64,000 bases of DNA. It comes from Marsupella aquatica (Eukaryota > Plantae > Marchantiophyta). Made by a program: the position numbers and the translations under genes. Positions 40,442 through 52,041 of this stretch are shown one piece after another. Location of the stretch: positions 9,399,440-9,463,439 of the forward strand of contig OZ316894.1 in NCBI GenBank assembly GCA_973895155.1, written 5' to 3'. Each line of letters begins with the position of its first letter. Within the stretch, counting starts at the first letter, position 1. The notes beneath the pieces were generated by a model that saw only the letters and a program-made list of their open reading frames with translations, was not told where the DNA came from and did no database searches.

Positions 40442-41097
40442 CACCGTGCGTTAAATCTACACCGATAAATGCTCCCCAATCTTCCTGGGGCCCCGTACAC
40501 TGCCCGTCCCAGTCCCTGATATTGCTGCCCGCTCTGGTTCAAGTTTGCCAGAACATAGACCAAAACTCTACCATTTTGTCACTTGCTCCGGCCCAATCAC
40601 TTTTGTGTTGTCGACTTTGGGTTTATGTTCTGGCACCCTTCACTTGCTTTTGCCCGCTCCGGCCCAAATCCCCATTGATGTTGCCCACTCCGGCCCAAGT
40701 TTGCCACAACATAAACCAATACTCTATCTTTAATCATGACTTATCCAAAGTACTAGGCTTTGCTTGAACACTTAGACACTATTATGAAACAATGATGACT
40801 CCATTGGAAAGAAATGTTGCCAGAACATGAACCACAACTCCATAAGGAAGAAGTCAATGGCACAAAGTTGATCGGGCCGGAGTGAGCGACAAAAAGTGAA
40901 GGGTCCCAAAACATAAATCTAAAGTCAATGACACAATGTTAATCGGGCTGGAGCGGGTGACAAAATGACAGAGTCTTAGTTTATTTTTGGCAAACTTGGG
41001 CCGGAGCAGGCAACAACAATGGGGACTGGGATGGGCAGTGTCCAGGGCCCCAGGATGATCGGGGACCATTTACGTGGTGTAGATTTAATGCACAGTG
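40442..41097. mobile_element. Non-autonomous TIR element (656 bp, long arms, 7-bp TSD) nested in the Helitron
   Basis: Ends are CACCGTGCGTTAAATCTACACC and GGTGTAGATTTAATGCACAGTG with ~240-bp imperfect arms. TAATCAT is duplicated at 40435-40441 and 41098-41104. Confidence 0.85.
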
Positions 41098-41559
41098 TAA
41101 TCATCTACAATCGAGCCAAAAAACTTGTCATGAAAGAGTGTCTTGCATGAGGACCAGGCATGCACGGAGGGTAAGGAGGTACTGTACCCTCACCAGGAGT
41201 TCAAGAAAAGTACCTTCAATTGTACCTAGCAGCCAAGTGCTTGCGAGGGCAAGGAGGGGAGCCTAGGACAGTACCTGCTGTACCGGCTGACGCTTATCCC
41301 CATATTGATGGTCGATGTGAGGCGTAGAGGTGAGGTGTTAGAGAGAGGCCATGGACCGATGGCCAGTATTGCGGGGCATGGGAGGCCTCACAAGGGAGGG
41401 TGAGTGCTGATCAAACGGATACAAAAAATACCCCAAATATCTAACGGTCGATTTTGATTCCCGCCAATATTGGATTTTGTAATGGGACGAAGGACAAAAA
41501 ATGCGCGCCATCGTCTATTATAGTAGTAGATAACAAGAGTAATCATAGGAGGAGACTAA

Positions 41560-41860
41560 AGCAGGGATTTTGACATTCACAGGAATCACCCTCCTTGTGA
41601 GCAGTATTGAGAATGTACAACAAATAATCACAAACAACATAAGCCAAATCTTAGCTATCCTCTTTGGACTTTTGTGGATAACAAAGACTAGTGGCTCTTT
41701 TGGACTCTTTGGCCCAATTGAACAGTTGGCTATGGGGGTGGGGTTTCTCTTTCCTGCAGGTTTGGGGGTTCTTCCTTGTGTGTGGGGGGTTCAGTTTGGG
41801 CGGTTTTTGCCCCCTGCCTGCTATAAAGCTGTTTCATATTTATTAAAAAAAATTAAAAAA
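41560..41860 (+). mobile_element. Possible 3' end of a retroposed element with an A-rich tail
   Basis: A G/T-rich 3'UTR-like tract ends in tttattaaaaaaaattaaaaaa; no TSD was identified. Confidence 0.35.
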
Positions 41861-42655
41861 TGAAAGTAAATTCATTGAGTTTGTTCCTGAATTAATCATG
41901 GTGTAACAATCTTTTATTTTTATTTGTAAACCTTGATGAAGCAAAGATAGTATGTGAAGGGTTAACTTCAGGAGAAATCTCAAATGTGGCACCCCCTCAT
42001 CTCAATGTGGCTATTGTTTGTAGGTTTGGGATTAATTTCCTTGCAGCCCATTGGCATTGGACAGTCTTTCATGCAAATAGTTTTTTGTCAACCTAAACAG
42101 TCTACATCAACATTACCTTGCACCCAATTTAGATGGTTATTCTCTTTACTCAAGAGTGGTACCGGGAGTGGGAGAGATGGGAGTGATATGGGAAAGAGAA
42201 GTAAAAAGGAGGACCCATAGTCCATTTATCTGCTTGCCTGCACCTTGTGCCCATTTCCGTTCCCTTGGGCCTCACCCACACACAAATTCTCCTCATGTGA
42301 GGGGGAGCCGGCAAGAAGGGGGAGGAGAAGGAGGAGGAGAAAGAAATTGTTGGGCAACCCTGCTTGGACCCTGCAGCCACCAGCATCTGTCTCACACACC
42401 CTCACATTTCCCTGTGCCCTTGCCCTCCCAAACAACATCACTTTTGCAACAATAGCATCGACCAAAATGACGACATTGCCGCACCAACAACCATGCACCC
42501 AACCAAATTGACACTGTTTGCAACCACAAAATGATAACACAATTGATATAGCTGGAATAACAACACTTCCATAACAATCACTTGGTCACAATGACAACCC
42601 ATACTGCCTTTGACAAGCACGACACAATCAGAGTGACAAACCAACCAGAAGCATC

Positions 42656-42850
42656 ACACGCTTGCAATGATAACTATGCAATGCATGGGCATAGGGTTGA
42701 AAAGTTCACCTTCTCTGAAAAACACGCTTGCAATGATAACTATGCAATGCATGGGCATAGGGTTGAAAAGTTCACCTTCTCTGCAAAACACGCTTGCAAT
42801 GATAACTATGCAATGCACAGGGTTGAAAAGTTCACCTTCTCTGCAAAACG
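42656..42850. repeat. 66-bp tandem repeat, 3 copies
   Basis: acacgcttgcaatgataactatgcaatgca... starts at 42656, 42722 and 42788; the third copy has a 6-bp deletion. Confidence 0.95.
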
Positions 42851-42956
42851 TTTTTCTTTCTCAATTGACTTCCTTGACAATTTTTGCACAAAGATATTTG
42901 TAACACAATGATATCTTTTGCTTAACAACATCTTTTATGCAAAGATTTTAAACATA

Positions 42957-43187
42957 GACATCTAGTGTACAATGCACAGGTATTGAGCTAATTAGTGTTT
43001 ACACAAAGTTTGGTATTGAGCTAGTCACTATCTACAAAATGTCATTTGCATAACAAACTTTTCGACAAAGACATCTTGTGTACGATGCACAGGTCTTGAG
43101 CTAATTAGTGTTATATCATTTGCATAACAAACTTTTGGACAAAGACATCGTGTGTACAATGCACTGATATGTAGCTAATTAGTGTTA
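42957..43187. repeat. Three ~45-bp direct repeats upstream of the CHERP-like gene
   Basis: agacatc..gtgtac.atgcac......gctaattagtgtt occurs at ~42957, 43069 and 43143. Confidence 0.8.
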
Positions 43188-43967
43188 TTCAAAGATTGGC
43201 TGATTCGAGTTGAGCGCTGAATTACTGTATGCAGAGATTGAGTCATTCGAGTTGATAGCTTTGACACCCATCGTTGGAACTTGTCCCCCGGGCAAACTCA
43301 AGCACTCATCCATCTCTCCCGTTTTCTCCACTGTCTTCTACTCGCTCCTCTCTCCTTACAAAGATTGGCTGATTGGAGTGGAGAACTTTTGCGCTCATCG
43401 TTTTCCACACCACCTTCACCATACCTGCAATCACGGATTCCAAGGTTTCTCTTCTGTCCTTGACTCTTTTGTGTTCCCTGCTTTTGTATGTTGTTGGCAC
43501 TTGCTTAGTGTAGTGGCTGAGTTTTCTGGTTTTGAGTGCAAATCCTCGTGAATCAAAAGCTTCTCCGGTGTGGTCGACCTGTTGGAGTAAATTCTCGTCC
43601 ACCGTAGCTTGATTGCTTGGCTCGTCTTTCGTCTTGCGGATTGTTACTAATGTGATGCGATACAGAGTATGATCATCGTTTGAGTGGAGTAGAGTTCTGT
43701 GAAGTTTTTATTTCGCTAAAATTGTGTTGGTTGTCTTGTTTTAGGGCTTAAGAGCTGCGGGCGATTGTTTCTTGCAGCAGCGACATTTTGTTGATTCCGC
43801 TCCTGTCCGTGGGAAAACGGAATTAGGTCACCGAGTGCTTCCTCAGGTGGTGTCTGATTGAAATGGGATATTAAGGTGAAGGAATGAATCTCAGACGAGA
43901 GCTCGAGGTTTTTGGAAGCTCGGAACACATTTGAAATTGAGAGCAGAGTCTATTGGCAGGAGGCATC

Positions 43968-46891
43968 ATGGATCAGGGACCGGGACCAGGATATCCTCCA
44001 CACGCCTATCTATCTCCGCAGCAGCAATTTCAGTACCATCCGTCGTCGGGCTATCCGTTCGGAGGCCCTGGGGGTGCTCCTGCTCCAGTCGTCCAAGCGC
44101 AGCAGCAGCAGCAGGGGGTTGCCGTCTCGGGGTTTTTCAATCCTTGGGACCCTCCTCCGCCCCCGGTACCCCCTCCGTCCGACTCGGACTTGCAGAAGAG
44201 GATCGATAAGCTCGTCGAGTATGCTGCAAAGAATGGACCTCAATTCGAGGCTTTGATGAAGGATAAGCAGAAGGAAAACCCTGCCTACTCTTTTCTGTTT
44301 GGGGCGGAGGGGCACGATTATTACCGGTACAGGCTGTGGCTAACGATAAATCCTCATCTCGGCCCTTTAAATCCTCCTGCACTTCCTCAAGTGAATCTCA
44401 ATAATTTGACGTCCTTGAATCCTTCCCTGGGATCCTTAAACCCTGCGATTAATGCTGCATTGAACTCCGTTGTAGGCGTACCTCCGCCAGCAGGGGCAGC
44501 GTTTCGTCCTTCCGCTGGTTTCTATAGCCAACCGCAGCAGCAGCAGCCGTTTTTCGATCAATTCCAGCATGACGCTTATGGGCAATATAACGCGCAGCAT
44601 TTGGCTGCTCCGGGGCCGGTGCCTTCAGAGATCCTTGCAGAGTTTAAGGGTATACTGGATGGCTTAACTGGTACGAAAGAGTCTATCAAAGGGGCTAAAA
44701 TCTGGTTCATGCAAAGGATATCTTTCGGGCTTGCACTGGCGGAGGCCATGCGTGACCGTGTTCTTAGTCTTGAAGGCGATGTCGAGAGGCAGCTCCACAT
44801 TATATACTTGGCCAATGACATCCTTTTCAGTAGGTAAACCCTGCATCCTTTGCCCGTGTGATTGGTCTATTGTCTACATTCTTGCTGTAGTCCTGTTTCT
44901 TCTGAACGTGCGCTGGACTTGTCTCCCGCTTTCCAGTTCGTTTGACTGATTCCGATGTACACCCATTGTTGCTTGCCTCCATCTGGGGTGTCTATGGTAC
45001 GTTACTAAAGTTGTCTGGAGGCCAAGAGTATGACTGTATTACTGAGTTTGTATGCCTTGATTCATTTTGCTGTTGATATCTCCATTGTTCCTACAGCACA
45101 ATCTCATCTGAACTGGTTCTATCCGTCCAGTTTAATCCCACATCTTTACAATTTCTTCTATTGCTGTTATGACAATCGGTGCTGGACTGTCAGTCTGCAC
45201 TAGCAGCATCTAGCAAAACTATCTCCATTTGCTTGTGATGGATAGCCTGAAACGGCAAGCAGTGATCAAATAACGAGGAATATTGACATTTCTGAGACAC
45301 TTCTGGTGGCAAGTTTTCCTTCACCTTCCTGCTTGTTTTCCTGCTTATTTTGTCGGTTTTGCTATTGATTAGCTGATCATTGGGTTTGTTCGTGTTCCTG
45401 TCAGCTTGCAGCACCGGAGCAATCCCAAGGAACTTGATAGTGAAGCTTTGGCTTTGAGGCCAGTTTTGGGTGCTATGCTCGCAGCTATCTACCACGATCG
45501 TCAGGACCCGGAAGTCAACCAGGATCGGCTGCAAAAAATACTGCAATTCTGGGGTGTCAAAGAAGTTTATGATATCGACACAATTAATACTTTTGAAGGA
45601 GAGATGGTAGCCGGACCTCCACCACCATCAGAACCGACGGTCGCTCTGCACCCACCAGCAGGTTGGTAGAAATAATTGATTTGATCTCTAACGTAATCGA
45701 GGGACCGCTGAAATCGGGATCTGGAGATGTATTGTAATTTGTGACGTTAATATCTTTAGGAAATATAGTTTGCCATGGCTCTGTAATAACTGTTGACATT
45801 GAGAAATAAGGATTTCCTGTCAAACAATAGGGCAAACTGTAGACGCATCAAAGGTAGTTATGTGATAGTGCATTGAACTTTTGTTCAAAGTCGATTACTC
45901 TTATGAGCGGCTTACTGTCAGGGTATCGCACAGATTTTCTGCTCACTTTCCAGAGATGTAGTTTTCGTTGTCTGTTTATCATCGTAGCGTTTGATAAGTT
46001 TCTGCTGTTACGTAACAAACTTTTGATTGGGTGGCCGCAGGTGGAATGGGTTCATTACCTACTGGTCCTCCTGCGTCAACAGCATTTCAGTATCCTGGTC
46101 AGTGGCAGCCAGATCAGTCACGCGCAACGCAGTCTTTGAGTGACCAGCAGCAACCACAAGAACCATTACAACAACAGGCTTCTTTCGCTGGTGTTCTACC
46201 CGCTCCTCCATTTTTTGGAGCAGGCGTTCCGTTTACTGCTGCTGGTGCCCCTCCATTCGTGGCCGGAGCTGTTCCTACCATGTATCCAACCATGCCAGGG
46301 CCACCATTCCTTGCTCCTCTACCAACACCTGTGGTTCCAACTGCCACACCAGCTCTCGCTCAGTTGCCAAACCTGCGGACTACTGATCACTCGCCGTATC
46401 CTCTCTTCCCCCCTGGCCTAATACCTGGCATGGTGCGCAAAATGCAGATAGGCAGTGGGGTTCCTTATTCTCCTCTTAGCCCTTTGGACATCCCCAATGT
46501 CATACCACCTGCCTCAAATACTGAATCTTACATTCTGGAAAGAGTCACAAAATTTTTCAAGGAAATTCAAGAGGTGGACCCATTGGAAGGTCAGTTTAAG
46601 GCTAGGGATGGCGGCAATGTTGGTGATGGTGCAGAAGAGGGGGATGGTAGAGAGGGAGGGGCTCGAATTCCCCCACCTTCCCACATGCTGGTGGACCCTG
46701 AAACTGGTACTCTACCTGATGGTAGCGTTGAACATCGGCCAGGTGTGGGCAACTCAGGGCGGCTTGGGCTCGGGGCAGCTGTGGATCCCAATGAAGTCAC
46801 ACAATACGATGATGTCTATACTTCCTACAGGAAACAGCGTAGTACAAACTACCACACATCCCTTAGTGCACGTGCAGCAGCTGCAAGATAA
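43968..46891 (+). CDS. SURP/SWAP plus CID-domain splicing factor (CHERP / Arabidopsis SWAP1-like), ~657 aa
   Basis: Exons 43968-44833, 45405-45661 and 46041-46891 join in frame (1974 nt). SURP: [17 protein letters not shown]...[17 protein letters not shown]: [14 protein letters not shown]...[16 protein letters not shown]7819-like segment [19 protein letters not shown]; C-terminus [12 protein letters not shown]. Confidence 0.9.
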
Positions 46892-47814
46892 CCCCCTGCC
46901 TTCCCACTTACATCATTTGAGTTCCTTCTGCACCCAACCTAAATTCTTAGCAAGATTTCAGGATGACAAAGACTTCTCCTGCAGAAGCTTCTAGAAAACT
47001 TTCACATTAGGATGTCAACTAGACAGAAAAGCTGGACGTCAAGTAGACAGGGAAGCGCTCCTAGAGATGCAGACCAGTATTGGAAAAGCAGTAGACGGAC
47101 GTACCAGTGCAGGACAAACTTAGGAACCTGACTTAGATGATTTCTTGGCACTCGTATCACCTTAGATATCGTTTTAGGGTACTTTTAGAAATCAATTTTC
47201 TTTGGCCCCTACAAATGTCTCATGTTTACACAAGGAAGAAGAGGTATTCATAATTGATGGGTGATATTTAATTGGTAAGTTGTATTCATCAAAGAGTTTC
47301 GTGGGCTTTGCATCCTACCTTGTTCGAGTCTGTTTGCATTTGTGCTCCATTCTTGGCTTTGCATCCTATCTTGTTCGAATTTGTGCTCATTCTCCGTTCC
47401 TCCAGTCGTACCGATGTTGCAAGGTGATCAGTTTCTCTGTTTTTGATGCTCTGTTTTTGATGCTGCTAAATGACGATCCCCTGCTTCTGTCTCTTGAGCT
47501 CAAAGTTATTTGTATTTTAATTTTGGCATGCAGGGTAGGCTGTTATTAGTTGATCTTGAAATTACCTTGAAGCACCTTTAAATGTCCCTGCCAATGTCCA
47601 TCTCTTCTTGTGTCAATTTATGTAGTTATTTTCTACTTTGCATGATGCCCAAGTTTATGCCAAGTTATAGAAGGCATTGTTGATACTGGCAGGACTCTAC
47701 CACTAGACCTGACAATGCTTGAATCTACAGGAATATTATACTTACTTTAAAACTTTAACACTCTTGTGGCCCACATTGCCTGGCCTCATGCACACACTTC
47801 ACAAACCCTGTGGC

Positions 47815-48380
47815 TTAAATGTTGCTGTGGCAGCCCATGTTCCTGGACATGTTGCCGCCAAGGTGGCTCGGCTCAAGGAGGAGGCCTATGCGGTTAGTTA
47901 CCCAGGGATCTCTTCTACCCCTTTGCTCTTGAGGTTTTTGGTGTTCTCCACCCTCGTTTTGACCACTTCCTTCGGGCTTGCACTGTGTATTGTATTGAGC
48001 GGAGGTTTTTTCCCCTGTTTCTGTCCTCACGGCCTTCTTTTGACAAAGGGTATCAGTGGCACTTCAGAGGGCCCAGGCTTTCACTATTCTTCGAAGGACC
48101 GAGGCAGTCGGTTTTAGGGCCTTGAGACAGATTCCCCTCCGTGACTCTCCTATGCGGTGTACTTTTGAGCTCTACCAGACTTTTCAGTTTATCGCCCAGT
48201 AAGGTTTGTTGTTCGTTGTTTGCTTTTTAGCCTTTTGGTTTTGTCTGGGTTACTCTTGACTTGTTTGGCCTCTTTGCCCTTCTTGGGGTCTTTTCTTTCC
48301 CCCCCTTTATTGGGTTCTTTTGCCTTTGGGACCATGTCTCCCTGTTAGTGTTTCTGTCTTTTTGGCAGTGTGATATACAC
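47815..48380 (+). mobile_element. Degenerate 5'-truncated copy of the RLE (CRE-like) non-LTR retrotransposon
   Basis: It aligns with ~54680-55200 (HVPGHVAAKVARLKEEAYAVSYPG versus HIPGHAAARAARLKEEAYAVRYPG), is frameshifted, and shares the 3' tail gcctttgggaccatgtctccc...ttttttggcagtgtgatata. Confidence 0.85.
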
Positions 48381-48768
48381 ATATTAACCCTCTCCTTGTC
48401 CGCCATTCATCAATTTTACTTTCCTTGTAAAGTCATTTTCATTATTTTATAACAGATAGATATTTTTAATATATTTCAATATGACATGATAACATACATT
48501 TTAACATTCCTAAATAAGGTAAAATAGGAAGGAGTTAGAAGCTATATATCCGATTCTTGTTCTTGTGTACTAGTAGGGTGTCTCAATCCTTGGAGTTGCG
48601 GGAAAAAAACAAGGCTTGGAACTAGCAGTTTCGGTCACGTTTCAGCAATGTGCAGACACGGATTTTTGTGTCCGCCACTTTTTTCCGGGGATTCGGTCTC
48701 TGACCGCAACCGGAAATAGCAAGGCGAAGTTTGAGACGCCCTATTATAGCTGGCCTGAGGCGAACCGA

Positions 48769-49032
48769 GAAGTGAAGCTTGAGAGGCTAATACACTTAAA
48801 GTACAGTAGAGATTTCATATTTCTATGATTCAGGTGCTATGATAGGATATGAATTGAAGTGAAGCTTGAGAGGCTAATACACTTAAAGTACAGTAGAGAT
48901 TTCATATTTCTATGATTCAGGTGCTATGATAGGATATGAATTGAAGTGAAGCTTGAGAGGCTAATACACTTAAAGAAGTACAGTAGAGATTTCATATTTC
49001 TATGATTCAGGTGCTATGATAGGATATGAATT
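48769..49032. repeat. Near-perfect 87-bp tandem repeat, 3 copies
   Basis: gaagtgaagcttgagaggctaatacac... starts at 48769, 48856 and 48943; the third copy has a 3-bp insertion. Confidence 0.95.
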
Positions 49033-49146
49033 CTCTGAATTGGGACAAATGTCCAGACTCATTCAGGTGCCATGATTCAGGTGCTATGATTCAGGTCCTA
49101 TCATAGCACCTGAATGAGTCTGGACATTTGTCCCAATTCAGAGAAT
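49030..49146. repeat. Perfect 41-bp inverted repeat with a 35-nt spacer
   Basis: attctctgaattgggacaaatgtccagactcattcaggtgc (49030-49070) has its exact reverse complement at 49106-49146. Confidence 0.95.
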
Positions 49147-49907
49147 CTCTTGATAAGGGCTCAAAAGTGAACCCAGCACGCGATGAGATACAGAAATCGA
49201 TAGTCGTGTGGACTGGTTTTGCCACAAGCCCACCGTTAGGACTGTTCTGGGGGCACCGGTCAGCTAGTTCATGCAGGATCAAACTTCGAGAGTAACAGCC
49301 GACTAGCTTGTGCTCTAAGGGACTGCTCTCCAAGACAACTTCACATAATTCCAATTCAAAATCTGTCGTCCACATGACGCCGATTGCCGGTCCTCGCATG
49401 ACGCCGGTTGCCGGTCCTCACATGCATAAGTGTGAATCGAGATACAACAAGTTTGCGAGACTCGAGAGTTTTGAAAGACATTCAGAGCGTAGTTTAGCTC
49501 TGAGCACCCCTTTATTATATTGGTGAGTGATGAAACGAGTCCAGCAGACAATCCAAACCCGAAGGAGTGATCTGGGTCTGGGCTTGACTTTAGCTCAGTC
49601 CAGCCGTCTGGTTAGACCATATGCACGTAGAACGTACGTATTTAGACAGGATTTGAACCGACACTAAGTCCCCCTCTCAAGTCGATTGAGTAGAACCGCG
49701 GACTCCACTGAATTGGGGGCGCGCCATTGAGACGAGAATAAGTGAGCCGAGCATCAGCCTGGAGCTCTTCATTTCCCATCTGAGCAGATGATTGCAACAG
49801 TTGTCCCTTACTACGGTCCGAGTGACCGTCCTCACTGAAGGTCTCTCAAGCCAGCTGCTGATTCACTATCATTCTCAATTGCGCGGCATTACGTCGCAGG
49901 AACGACG

Positions 49908-52041
49908 ATGAGGCCGGAGTCAGCCCCTCCACTGCTGCTCACCAATGTGGTCCTCACCACCGTCGAGCCGCTCGAGAGGACGGCTCATGTGGAGAAAATC
50001 GACCCAACTGATGTAGATATGTTGTGGGTGGACACCTATCTACCCGCAGCTTTCGCCTACAGACTGGCGGACAACTCCGACGCTTTGTATAAGGAGAGTG
50101 TGAATCGGATAAGGGAAGGTCTCCGGAAGGTGTTGGTTCCGTTCTTCCCATGGGCTGGCCGATGGATTGCAATCCCTGGAGGTAGGGGGCGCCAGCTGCT
50201 TTGCGACGATAAGGGCATTCCGTTCAGAGAAGCGTATGTGGACAAGGATCTGGACTCAGTTGTGGGCTTCTCTGCTGAATTCCGACCTGTCCCGGAGCTG
50301 CAAGGCTACAGCGTTCTTGGCATGAAGGAGGAGAGTTTCAGACAACCAATGCTGCCAGACGGACTCCCTGGTGCATTCGTCCAAGTAAGTTCACGGGGAA
50401 CTTTCTTCAAAGCCTACCGTCCCTGGATTTGCATTTTTAGCCTAAAGTTCTGGTCTGAAATGAAAATGGAGAGCGATCTTTTGCAACCCATACGCTAATT
50501 GACAACTTAAGCCTCCTTTTATTAAGTTTTGGATAACCCTTTGGCAGTCACTATATATTTTATCTTATAGAGAACTCGTGATATGACACTGATAAGAATG
50601 AATAGTGTATTGTCCTCCATATATAGAGAGTAGACACATTCTGTCAGATCGATCTAGGTTAACGAATGAAGGAGTCGTTTTCACTGATGGAAAAAGTTTT
50701 GCCTTTCAAACAGGTCACACGCTTCAAATGTGGGGGACTGGTCCTTGGTGTCACCTTCAGTCACATGCTCTCGGACGGCCAGAGTTTTATGCATTTCATG
50801 ACAGCCTGGTCCGACCTCTCTCGAACTGACAAAACGGACATGACTCTGGACCACAATCGAGCAGCCATACAGAGATCAAGCCCTGGATCCCGGCCATCTG
50901 CCACTTTGACTAGTATACCAAGTACAAATGCATGGAAAACGAAATGTTACGAGGTAAACATCGTTGCTTTTTTCATCTATCTAAGTTTTGGGTGAGCGTA
51001 CGTTATGGTAGGTATGAAAGATAAGACATGTTTCGTAGTTAAGTGGAATTCATTCATGTGCCTCAATATAAACTTGCAAATATGTGTTAGATAAAATTCT
51101 GCTGTAAAATCATATATTAGGATAGCCCTGAAGATTTGTCCTGTACTATTCTGTCTGTTAGGTCAACGCATCAGTCATCGAGTCTCTCAAACAGGAAGTT
51201 AAAAGGAGTGCGGATGGAGCATACGTGAGCACAATGGATTGCATATACGCTCATATGTGGCAAACTGTATCAAGTCTGCCTTCCTCTATCATTAGTGGAA
51301 AAGAAATTGGAATGCTGAGTGCTGTTGATGGGAGAACCAAATTCTATGATCCTCCAGTGCCCAATTTGTTAGGAAATGTCATTACCAATATGAGGGCGCC
51401 GAAGATTTCAACTGCCGAACTTTTGAATATGCCCTTGTCGACCATTGCGAGCAAGATCCGTGACAAGATCAATACAACGAGTCGCGAAGCATGGCTTTCT
51501 CCCGAAAGGTATATGTCTGGGGTAGTAAATAGTTGTTAGAAGTTCTTCATTGGAATCGAGGGTATCGTCTTGCACCTTTGTATCTGCCGAGAGCCAGGCG
51601 TCCCCTGGGGCGTCCCATGCCTGATTTGGAGTAATGATGTCATTCTATGTTATTATCTTTTTTTATTAATTTTTCAGAGCTAGCGGATGGATTGTCCATC
51701 TAGCAAATACATTGATATCGTTTTGTGTGATGTACTGATGTTGCAGGGTAGGAGAAGCAATGGATGCCTTCGTGAATGATAATACATTGCCATGGATACA
51801 GACTAGCTGGCGTTCCTTCCCAGTGTGTAGAATAGATTTTGGGTTTGGTAGCCCATTTTTTGCACCAGGGATGAATGCGGCATTTTCTTTGGAAAGGTTG
51901 GGCATGACCTACGTTGGCCCTCCTACTCCCGGTGTTTCTTCTTCCGCTGCATTTATGCAGATTTTGACTACTCCAGTGGTTTTGGAAGCTCTTGAACATC
52001 ATCCAGATTTTCTGCCCTTTTTCCTCCCTCGAAGTAGTTAA
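49908..52041 (+). CDS. BAHD acyl-CoA acyltransferase, copy 1 (intact, ~452 aa)
   Basis: Exons 49908-50384, 50714-50953, 51162-51508 and 51747-52041 join in frame (1359 nt). Motifs: FFPWAGR, the conserved Q intron (FVQ|VTRFKCGG), catalytic HMLSD (HxxxD), and DFGFG. Confidence 0.93.

Larger units (their letters stand above)
39483..41530 (-). mobile_element. Non-autonomous Helitron (~2.05 kb)
   Basis: On the - strand it starts A|TCTACTACTATAATAG at 41530 and ends with the hairpin TGTGCA-A-TGCACA about 10 nt before CTAG|T at 39483. It sits between A and T with no TSD and has no RepHel ORF. Confidence 0.8.

Noticed and set aside
42582-42911. Repeat-protein ORF (HACNDNYAMH x3)
   Set aside because: It is a by-product of a 66-bp DNA tandem repeat that is open in more than one frame, and it lacks an ATG-led gene structure.
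46455-46994. 179-aa overlapping alternative-frame ORF in the CHERP-like last exon
   Set aside because: It has a GTG start and no motif, and such frames are expected by chance in GC-balanced coding DNA.
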